Shown here: positions 22,401 through 32,003 of the stretch, piece by piece
Layout of the letters: each line of letters begins with the position of its first letter
Numbering within the stretch: the stretch's first letter is position 1
Assembly: GCF_001194135.2 (NCBI RefSeq)
Contig: NC_068984.1
Span: forward strand, 61,331,096-61,363,098
Source of the DNA: Octopus bimaculoides
Lineage: Eukaryota
DNA length: 32,003 nt
Direction: 5' to 3'
Position numbers and translations under genes: made by a program
The notes under the pieces: model-generated
Database searches by the model: none
The model's input: the letters and a program-made list of their open reading frames with translations, nothing else
Told to the model about the DNA's origin: nothing

Positions 22401-23780
22401 AATGAATATACTGGGCACTCTTCTAGATTATGATGCTATGTGCCTGTATTGGAAAACAAAAAAATTTAACGACCTTAAAAGTCATCAGAATGCCAAACAT
22501 ACGTGTGAGATATCTTACTTCTGATTATGTGTAGGCGAAATTTACTTTCACTCTTCTATGTTTATTTAGAGTGAAATCTATTCTTTGTAATTCTGAAAAA
22601 TATGAAATGTGTAGTTTCCTGTGTTTAAATGAAACGAATATACTGTTTTTTTTTTAATTATCATTTTGAAAATTTTGATAATTGAATTGAAGTTTGATCA
22701 AACCATACTTCAAATACTGATTGTTTGAAAATCTGACGCGTCTGTGAAATTAACAAAGAGCATTGAAGACTGATATAAAGGTAGGCCGGCCAATATGCTA
22801 TATTGTAATTAGTTATGGGCCTTTGTGCTTTTGTTCTATTTCTTATCATGAAATCACACGAAACATGTTCCATAGGCTAATTCTATGCAAAGATTCGATG
22901 AAAATAGAGATGAGCATTACAACAATTCTCTATATGCATGAATATTTAAGATTGCCAATAAAGATATTCTGGATGTAAACTCCGTCAAGATTGACTTTTA
23001 CCTTATGCTCTGGTAGGCGATAACATAAACCGAGAACTAGTGTCTAGTGTCAAAATATTTGGCTCACACCATCCTGTCTCAAACATCAGTAGAGTTGATC
23101 ATCCAGGAGTGAATGTGTTTCTGTATTTATTATGATAGAAAGGTCAACAAACTGACTCTGTATGTGAGGATAAATAAAGAGTAATCGCAAATTAATGTAG
23201 CGGACATTATGATACATTGATTCAAGCCATCAGCAGTCCTAGACACTAATGAAGTTTTAGTTCCAGTTTGAGGCATTTTCCTTCATTTATATCACGAAAG
23301 TTTGTGGGAAGATCACGAGGGTCACAAGATTCCATTTCTTCTCCTTTCAAGAACTTTAGCTTCTTGCCTACATTAAATGTAAGTTGCATAGTGTTTTATG
23401 TTATTCACAGCATGCTTTATACATATAAAACGCTTGCAGCGTTTTTTTTCAGCTAGTACCACTTTAACTTGCTAAACTTTTATTGACATAAAAGTTTTTT
23501 TCCAGATGTTGAGCATATAAATATTTATTGAAATACTTCATTGACGAAGTTAGATTTTGTTAAAAATGCTATTTCATTGATTTCGTGATGGACATAATAA
23601 GCGTATACAATATTTTTAGAAGGTTACTGAACCATCAGAGTATCGATGTATTTTACAGCATTATACATTTTATATCAGAAATCACATAATATGTCATAAA
23701 TTCGGCCATGCATTTGCATTTCTATGTATGTTCATTAGATATTTGAAAAATGAAGCTATTAAAAGAGAGAATTCACTTCA

Positions 23781-23889
23781 AAGAGAGAGAAAGAGACAGA
23801 TAGGTAGGTAGGTAGGTAGAGAGAGAGAGAGAGAGAGAAAGAAAGAGAGAGAGAGAGAGAGAGAGANNNNNNNNNNAGAGAGAGAGAGG
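23781..23889. repeat. (GA)n/(GGTA)n microsatellite with short gap
   Basis: Directly visible. Confidence 0.95.
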
Positions 23890-24029
23890 ATTAAAAGTGG
23901 TTCCTGTTTCCAATGAATATAGAAGAAATGTATTTTAGGCACCTTTTCATTGTTTTTTAGGTCGGTTTTATAAGAGATGTTTGACTGGTTGAAAGATGAT
24001 ACTGCCATTCATTACGCGGTCACGTGTAT

Positions 24030-24560
24030 TATCACGTTCAGGAACATACTATTGTTTGTATGGTGGATTCTTTCAGGTGCACTTGTGCAGTGCCGTCACT
24101 TAAATTCCAGTCGAGAATGGCGTAAAGGGCAAAGTAAAAACAGAGAAGAACGCGTTTGTCTCGATTAAATATGAGCTCAAAGCACAAATGGGTAAGAACC
24201 TGTATGACAGTCACTTTACTAGCACCATCCTAGCTGAGTTATTATAGGCGTGTCGGAAACTACTAAGTAAAAGAAAGAATAACTATTGGTTACGGTCAAG
24301 AGCGCTGTGTCAGATACATGACAGGGGTATCACTGACTGTGAATAACTGAAAACAAGTATTTTGTGAACGGTGTAGCCTGGACTATGTGATGCAGAATAC
24401 GGAAGTTCTGCTAGGTTGTCTATGGCATAAGGTTCACCTGCAACAGCTGAACCCGTGCGTTTATTGAATGGTATAGAAGAGAGCGGATCAGAGAAGACAA
24501 ATTTGAAGATATATGAGACGATGGGAAGACGACTTAGTCAAAAAAGTTTGGTCTAAGTGG
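24030..24560 (+). mobile_element. RTE-clade LINE 3' relic
   Basis: Frameshifted peptides FTSTILAELL*AC, TRAFIEWYRRER and RRWEDDLVKK match the RTE C-terminal order LF.ST.LP.MLYG.E ... WT....EWYPR..KR..GRP..RW.DDL.K. Confidence 0.65.
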
Positions 24561-26649
24561 GGGAGAGCAAGCAACTGGAGAACAGAAGCACATTCTGACC
24601 TGAAATTCATGAGATTTATACAAATATCTGATAGGTGACTCAGTAAATCGATTCAGCGATAGAAATTTCATATACCTGTAACATATCAGTGCAGAATCCG
24701 AAGGAAAGAAACAACTAAATAAAAATATCAGCATAGTTAACATAATTCTCTATAGATGTAGCTACATCTATAGCCTAATTTTGGATATGTGTGTATTATT
24801 GATTATATCGTATGTTTATACGCAACATATCAGACAAATATATAAGAGATACTTCCGAATTTTATATATCTGAGAGTAGATCATCATTTTATCACCCGAA
24901 GCTTCAGGTGTAAGCTATTGTATCATGGAATATATTTGAAGAGGAATTTTTACTGGTTTGAAATTGATGAAAGTCTATTTAGTTCCAAATCCCCCTATGG
25001 CACAGCATTGAATACATTCAAGTTTTCCATTACGCATTTGAGACCTAACTTTAAATCAGAAGGGAATCTATTAAGAAGATTATTGATAACGTAGTAATGA
25101 TGGATAATAAAGTAGTTATGAGAAGAATGAGAATAAATACAATACTTAATTAAGTAGGCAGCACATCAGAGGACTCAACTGGAGTGTTTGGAATAGATTA
25201 TTATTGACATGACCACTCTATCTACGTTTCATTGAGTGGGAAATGAATATTCTAAGCAGAATTTACGACTCGTAATATTCTAATTTTCATAAGTTTCTCA
25301 CTATCAGGACAATGCAAGGATAGTCCGTTGTAACGATATTTATTTCCACATGGTATAATGATTACACATTTTAATGAAGGCTTTGCAAGATGTAATGTTG
25401 AAAGGAAATGTCATCGAAAGTAATTCCCAAACTCAGCTTAGCAATGAAATTACGAACGATGTTAGATCTAACAATGTTTTATTTGTGACTTCATGTATGA
25501 AGATGGAGAAGAAAACATTTATGGCTTGCATTCTTTTCCAAAATATATTGGAGTGTAACATTGTAAATGGAGTGACATATCTTCAGCTTCGAATTGAAAC
25601 TTAACCGATTTCAGCACTTATTGTGGCTAATTTTGATGTTATAATTTTAAAGAGAAGAAATGAATTAGATTAACACGTGTCAAATGAAAAGTTGGTAAAA
25701 TTTATCAAATCTTTAAACACTAAGGTAAATGTAAACTGTATCAGTTTAAAGGATATATTGCAGATTTAGATTTGTACCAGAATTCTCAGAAATATGGAAA
25801 TGTTTGCTGCAATAATTTATTTCAACAAACTGATCACATCTGAAAATTATTTTTTTAATATTGTTTTGGTCGACGAATTAAAAACTATTTGCATTCAATT
25901 GTTCAGCATCCCACTGTCACACGATGAATCATCGTCAATCATAGTCAACTCTGTTTAGTTGACGTCATTGTAAATAGCCACCAAAAGTTTACAATGATCA
26001 AATCTAAAATGTATTTCACCTTAAGTTAGCTCGATCAGGGCTGATATATTGTTAAAACATCAGACAAATAATCAATATTGTTTTGAATATTGAAGGAATA
26101 TTTCATTAACTTCCAGTGCAAAGTACAGAGGAAAATATTAGGAGTAACCACGTTCAAATCGATGTCGTCTCTTAAGTGCGGATACGCGAATTGATTTAAC
26201 AAATTGAGCAATCCCTTCTTAACATTCGGTATAAACAAGCATTGGAAACACACAAAATTATATGAGTTGTGCGTGAAATACATATGATATATGCATATAA
26301 TATGTCCATAAATATGAACATTGAATATGTAGTTTGTTTCATGGCATTTCGTCTGATCCATACTTTTAATGTAGAATTCTTAAGAAAGTGACAGTGTTGC
26401 ATATATTTCTATCGTAATACGGTAAAACGCGATCAAAGTACTTATCTGGTATTTATTGTATCGAAACTAGATACATCGAATTCGAACTTAGATTAAATGT
26501 AGATACATTCAATATCTAAAACTATTTTCCCAATGTGCTACTCACTCTCACTGCTCTAGAAATTTCTCCAATACATATCGTGCAAATATGGCGAATTAGA
26601 ATAAATCTAAGAGCGTTGTTCAATTGCTTTGTAACGTGTTTTGGCTTAA

Positions 26650-26857
26650 GGAGGTGAACTATCACGATCGTTAGCACACCAGGCGGAATGTTTAGCTGTG
26701 ATTTATACGTCTTTAAGTTCTGTGTTGAAATTCTGCATGGGTCGACTACAGTTTTCATCTTTTCGGAGTCGATAAAATAAGTACCTGTTGACCACCGGTC
26801 GATTTAATCGACTTAGCCCTCTGCCGAAATTGCTATCCTTATGCCAAAAGTTGAAGC
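26650..26857 (+). mobile_element. tRNA-derived SINE (family of 5213-5428)
   Basis: GGAGGTGAACTA..GATCGTTAGCAC head, GGAGTCGATAAAATAAGTACC core, GGTCGATTTAATCGACTT palindromic segment and GAAATTGC...ATGCCAAAAGTTGAA tail. Confidence 0.8.
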
Positions 26858-26858
26858 T

Positions 26859-26955
26859 AGTATTTCTTCTGGCTTTCTACACTGAGTTTAAATCCTGACG
26901 GTGTTAACTTTACATCCTGGGATCGATAAAATAAGGTACCAATCAAGTAGTTGTG
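26859..26955 (+). mobile_element. Second, older partial copy of the same SINE directly downstream
   Basis: GTATTTCTTCTG...CTGAGTTTAAAT...ACATCCTGGGATCGATAAAATAAGGTACCA repeats the core of the preceding copy. Confidence 0.6.
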
Positions 26956-26984
26956 TAATCTTTTCTCTTTCGCTCTGTCACTCC

Positions 26985-26989
26985 CAGTC

Positions 26990-27026
<37 letters not shown>

Positions 27027-27043
27027 CTTTCATCTCCCTCTCA
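26985..27043. repeat. (CT)n microsatellite
   Basis: Directly visible. Confidence 0.95.
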
Positions 27044-27426
27044 GTATCATTTATGCTGTTCTTCGAGAGAATTGTGTGAAACAAGACACAGTGCCTGCGA
27101 TATACAAAAGGGTAGGAAACTATATTTCTGACTGAATCTTCAGAAAGTTTGTAAGCGCCATGAGCACAAGAGCTTTCCCCTATGCAAATCTACCAGAAAT
27201 AGTAGCCAAATGGCATTTATAGATCAAAAGGATGTACACGTTTGAAAGGTATTGGATTTAATAGTAATCATAGCATGATATAGTAGGGTTGCAGTCACTT
27301 AAATATCTGCCACTGCAAAACTTATTTGGAAGACATTAAAACAATTCTATCGAGAGAAATGTAAATTTATTTAATAAACGTCCACCATTGAAATGTTTAA
27401 AATTCTTCTTTATCTTTTTATCTTAT

Positions 27427-27571
27427 AGAGAGTGAGCGAGAGAGAGAGAGGGAGGGCGAGAGAGAGGGGGAGAGGGGAGTGAGGGGGAGGGGAGAGAGAA
27501 GGGAGATGGGAAAGAGAGGGGGAGAGGGGAGAGAGAGATGGAGGGAGATAGAGAGAAAAAGAGAGAGGGGA
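27427..27571 (+). repeat. Polypurine (GA/GGGA) tract
   Basis: About 145 nt, almost all G/A, with many G3-G5 runs. Confidence 0.95.
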
Positions 27572-28429
27572 CAACATTTAATGAATATGACTATCCATTG
27601 AGCCAGAGAGACTTGTGATTAGTTATTAAAGTCAGTATTGGCTTAAATGTATAAATGATATTTTTTCCTAATGGTAGATTTCTGATATGGAATTATTATT
27701 ACATGAGAAAGTGTGTTATTATAAATATGAATCAAAAGGGTGATTTTTATTTATTATCGCCAAACAATTGACGAGCGAACTTCAAATATATTTTCAATGC
27801 GTGATTGCAAGACATGTTTCATTTAATCAATAAGAATGCTTTGATTGGATTTTGATGTTACAAACTTGTCTTTTAAATTATTGGAAATGTGAAAGGAAAG
27901 GGTTATTATACAATGTGATAAACAGGATAGTCAACAATAATCAGATCACTTCCGAACCTGGAGGTGCTTCCTTCGCCAGTCCAATGAAACGCAACGATAA
28001 TGGAATGATTGTTGTAATTGGTGTACTTTCAAAGGTTATAGGTAATTGCGTACTTGTTCATATTAACAAAACTGGGAGATTTATTAATATAACAGTTTTA
28101 TATAAATATTGCCACAATTTTTGAGTTATTTATACACTTGTCAGTATGCAGCACTCGGTTTCTTCTTTCTTTATATTTACATCGTCACATATTTCATTAT
28201 TTCTCTTTTCTTTAGACTTTCCCTAGATATAGTGTACTTGATTAGTAAGTTATTTTATCTGAGACCGTGTCTTAGGATTATAATTATTGTGTCACGATAG
28301 GTTCAATTTATCCATTTAAATGGCATTCATCTTGTTATAAATTTGTTTTAAACAATTTAAATACGAAAGTAGTTTGTATGCTTGGAATCTGCTAAGTAAT
28401 GATCAGCTCTTGTTAAAATAAATTGTCAG

Positions 28430-30220
28430 CTAGTTAAGCTAGTTATGGTACTGCAGGTCATCGAGAAACCTTATTGCAAGCAGTTTATTGAATAGGTAGG
28501 TGCATTCCATAGGCCCATTGCTCCACATATTTAGTATCTCTATCTGTGTGGGTACCACGCAGTCCTTTCTGACATATGAGGTTTGTTATAATATAATGAT
28601 TGCTATACATTTTCCACTCTGCCCTCTGCGTCTGTGTTACAGTTGGCAGATACTTGTTGTAACCACAACTGATGCTGGCTAGCTGTTGTCCATGTTTGCG
28701 TGTTTACTGTAAGTCAGCTTGCTAGCGCTCCTATCCTTTTGTTCTAGTATTATTCTTGAGTGTTGTTGATATTTAGCTACAAAATATCTGTAGTTGAACT
28801 GAATGATGATTAAAGACATTCAATACTGATTTCTTTCTGATATACTTCGGACTGCAATAGCCAGAAAGAACTTCCTTATGTTTTGGATGGTGGGCTTTGC
28901 CGCAAATGTGCTGTTTCTGTTTCTGTCAGTTCGAGAGTTACCATAGAGAAACATTTGTTGGATTGTGTTTTTGAGTGGTGTAAATTTGTATGCTTATTTG
29001 AGGCTGTTATTTAATGCAAATAGCAGAAAATTCTTGATTTTGAGCCTGTTCCAACGATGGGCAGTACCAATCATATATGGAAATGGCATTCATTTTGCAT
29101 CTGCATTATTTTTATGAGAATACCAAAGCGAGGAACATCAGTTGTTGAGAGAGCATTGATGAGTTTTTTTCCAATATCATTCAGGTTTTCTATAAAATCA
29201 AACGCCATGTCTTCCTAATTAGTATAATATATATTCTATTAGGAAATCTATAAGAGAAGTGTGACTCAGATTTAGCCAACATGGTCGGGCAACAGTGAGC
29301 AACATTCATGAGTGGCTGTTAGTTTCTCAATTGCGTTTAACAAGGATTTGCTTTTTCTTGCTCATTCTAACATTACTTGGCTGTCATCAGCGGTTTAGCA
29401 CGATTCTGCAATTACGATATCTGTCTCATTGCCACAAGAAAATAAAGCAGTATAGTTTGTAGCCAATGCGGAATCCTGTGCTGGATTTACTGTTGTCGTC
29501 AGCCCACTGTGCTGTCAGGCCCGTGTGACATTATCGCTCCAGATGATGCAATTTTCGTCCTTTTGCACTTCCTATAATCACACGTACAGCGTTTCTAGCA
29601 GATATTAAACTTCTGAGATCATCTGATATTGTTACTAACTCTACGAAAAGCCGTTAACCTCTTCTATTTTCGTTTCTCCGACACTGATTAGAAGTCCTGT
29701 ATTTGGCTATTACACCCGCACATGCAGCTTCTAAGTCTGTTGTCCTGCACAGTTAGTCTCAATGATTTTATCTCTGATCTTCCAATGTGGCACAGCTCTA
29801 GAATTGTGTTTTGATCGCCGACTCCAGATGACAGTGATAGCCAGAAATACAACTCCGAACTACATTTTCTTGGTGGTCACCTAACCAAGCATTACACTCA
29901 TCTTGTGCAGCAAAGGTGTCAGCAAGAAAAGAAACAGTATTAGTAACAATATCTTTGGCGACGGCTTAGGATTATTTTCCCATCGTATTGCTGCACTTGA
30001 TTGTGAGTAAGTGTGCGACCCACTAACATTTCCAACTTCTCAGCTTCTGTCTCAGTTTCTTGTAAATTCTCTGAACGCCAAGGGAAGGCAGTTCACTTTC
30101 TGCCTCTCAATTTGCAAGTTTTTTTGTTTTTGTTTGGGAACACCTATATCATATTCTTGAGAACAGAGGCGTATCGAGTTCTCTCTTTTCCTAGGTCTCT
30201 GATTTTATCTACCTAGTCTG
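28430..30220 (-). mobile_element. Decayed, multiply deleted RTE-clade LINE (APE, RT and C-terminal remnants)
   Basis: Minus-strand pieces in LINE order: ECNAWLGDHQ...RSCISGYH and ILELCH (APE: DFNARVG.DH..W.SCIG.HG; NG..LLELC), QWADDNSK, KSESH (PESQ.GFR), MAFDFIENLNDIGKKLINALSTTDVP (AFIDL.KAFD.V...L...GVP) and TWTTASQHQLW (W...A.DR..W). Boundaries are approximate. Confidence 0.7.
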
Positions 30221-30752
30221 CTTGATTTTACTTTAGCAAAATATTTTCGCAAAATATATGCCGTAAACACTTTCGAAAATATAACTTACATGTACACACC
30301 ATAAGTGATTCTTTTGAACAACTCATAAAGTTAAACGGGTTTTTGCAAAAATAGCTGTAGGAATCGTTTTCAGCTCCAAATTTTAAACAGTCATTGTTGG
30401 AAATTGAATCGTGTCAATGGTATTCTGTTTCTATTGAAGAATTATTTATATATAATTAGTGACAGTGTCACGTCCTGTATAATTGCAACAGTCACTTATT
30501 GTCTTATACAGAAAGGCAGAAAGGGTAAACACTACAGGTGCATAGTAAGATTAGTTAATAGCCTTTCGGCTTCTTTCTTTTTGGCGCACAAACCTAAGAC
30601 AGTCTATAATTTCTTGTTTGCGAGTCATATTGCGCATCGTACATTATTTACGAGATGTTACCGCTTATGTCGGTGTTTCTATGCAAACTTGGTCTCTTAG
30701 TTGATGTATCTACTGAATATGAAACACCTAATATGTGTTCCATATGTCATTC

Positions 30753-30921
30753 TCATCATCATCATCATCATCGTCGTCGTCGTCATCAACAACAACACCA
30801 ACAACAACAATAATAACAGCAACAACAGCAACAGCAACAACAATAATGATTCCTGTTATTTGCCACCAGGTGTGGAGTAGTTGTGCATCGGCCGGGAAGC
30901 ACAATAATGATGACGATGACG

Positions 30922-30956
<35 letters not shown>

Positions 30957-30983
30957 AATCATAATAATAATAATAATAATAAT
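30753..30983. repeat. Compound trinucleotide microsatellite in two blocks with a short unique spacer
   Basis: (CAT)(CGT)(CAA)(TAA)(CAG/CAA), a spacer, then (GAT/GAC)(CAA)n(TAA)n. Confidence 0.95.
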
Positions 30984-31140
30984 AGCAAAAAAAGAAGAGT
31001 ACCATTGTCATTAAGTGAACGATATTTCAACATCTCCTGTGTCTTCTTCAGGTTCAAAAAATAAACGTGTCAGTCTACTTCAGTTTAGATAATATTTATA
31101 GGATTGGTTATATCTATAGGAATAATAATAGTAAAAATAA

Positions 31141-31680
31141 ATGCCCAGATGCAGTACCAGTCAGTGGCTCTCATGGCTGATTGGAAGTGTTATCATGTAC
31201 ATTGTTTTGTCTTGGTATAAAAAGATGGGCTACAGCAAATATTCTGCTCAATACAACAGATTTGCTTGTCAGTTGTTTGACTTTAACCAGTTGAGCATAT
31301 CCTTTAGTAGCTGACGATATAGGCATCTCTGATCAAGAGCATAGGTAGTGCGGAAGCACCATAGCCATGTGTTGAGAGGAATTTTGGGGGCTTGGATAAT
31401 TCACCTCTGGAAACATCTGTGTTGATCAACATTCTTAAACAACCATTCTTCAGGGACCTTTTGAGCGGGATGGGCTACTCAACATGAAGAAAATTCTAAC
31501 TGGGATCCATCTGCAAAGTTATGCGCTGTTAATCTTGATATGAGATCACCATGTCACGCACATATGGTTGTGATGCATGTACCTCGTGTACCCTATCAGA
31601 CAGGTAGTCATATGGGTATATCGGACTTCGTATATTTGTAACCCAGTGTCACTTTGATGGCATCCACTGCTCTCTAACTC
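31141..31680. mobile_element. ~540-bp non-coding unit bracketed by AAT repeats; probable non-autonomous interspersed repeat
   Basis: GC-richer than its flanks, has no ORF, and has sharp borders at AATAAT...AATAA|ATGCCC and CTCTAACTC|AATGATAAT. It resembles a repeat I recall as common in Octopus (unverified memory). Confidence 0.55.
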
Positions 31681-31711
31681 AATGATAATAATAATAATAA
31701 TAATAATAATG

Positions 31712-31744
<33 letters not shown>
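31681..31744. repeat. (AAT)n microsatellite
   Basis: Directly visible, with two GAT variants. Confidence 0.97.
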
Positions 31745-31746
<2 letters not shown>

Positions 31747-32003
31747 GAAGAACTAGAGAAATTCTGGAAACAAATATGGTCGGTGAAGCAACAACCCCAA
31801 AAAAGGACCATTAAAACAACGAACTTAGCACCTGAGCAACTCTGGGCCCCTATAACAACTGAAGAGGTCACCCAGACACTGCAAAGACTAAGCAACTGGA
31901 AAGCACCTGGACACGACAAGATCCCCAATTTCTGGTTAAAACACCTGCCAGCAATGCATAAAAAGCTGGCAGAAAACTTTAACAACATAATAGCAGATCC
32001 AGA
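31745..32003 (+). mobile_element. R4/Dong-clade non-LTR retrotransposon, 5'-truncated, N-terminal RT region; runs off the window
   Basis: Stop-free frame from 31741 (87 codons): KEELEKFWKQIWS...ITTEEVTQTLQRLSNWKAPGHDKIPNFWLKHLPAMHKKLAENFNNIIADP. NWKAPG.D.I.NFW.K is typical of the R4/Dong pre-RT domain 0. It begins abruptly after (AAT)n. Confidence 0.88.

Noticed and set aside
25374-26361. ORFs 25374-25604 (+) and 26035-26361 (-) as genes
   Set aside because: No recognisable domain and no convincing pair of splice sites; they may be transposon debris.
27140-27250. RT fragment (MAFIDQKD resembling AFID.KKAFD)
   Set aside because: One short motif only, insufficient to call.
1-32003. CRISPR array, rRNA or prokaryotic operon
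   Set aside because: There are no regularly spaced repeat-spacer units, rRNA-like sequence or dense ORFs; the sequence is eukaryotic non-coding DNA.

Overview
This is AT-rich, gap-containing eukaryotic draft-assembly sequence (six N runs), dominated by microsatellites and transposon debris. The SINE families and repeat landscape look cephalopod (Octopus-like); that assignment is inference from recalled repeat families. No prokaryotic features, CRISPR arrays, rRNA or true tRNA genes are present, and I could not identify a host gene with confidence. The best-supported content is: several tRNA-derived SINEs, one with an intact 11-bp target-site duplication; three IS630-Tc1-mariner families (a near-full-length DD37D/maT pseudogene, an internally deleted rosa/DD41D-like element, and two DD34D mariner relics); two RTE-clade LINE relics; and two R4/Dong-like retrotransposon pieces sitting in microsatellites, one at (TACA)n and one at (TAA)n. 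The less explained structures are a ~450-bp foldback element with ~130-bp inverted arms, a 118-bp hairpin MITE, a ~540-bp non-coding unit bracketed by AAT repeats next to the Dong-like RT, a SINE with a triplicated A-box head, and a few short candidate exons. Almost all ORFs in the supplied track are microsatellite or gap artefacts. I see no strong evidence for a wholly new system; the best lead is a microsatellite-targeting retroelement set.
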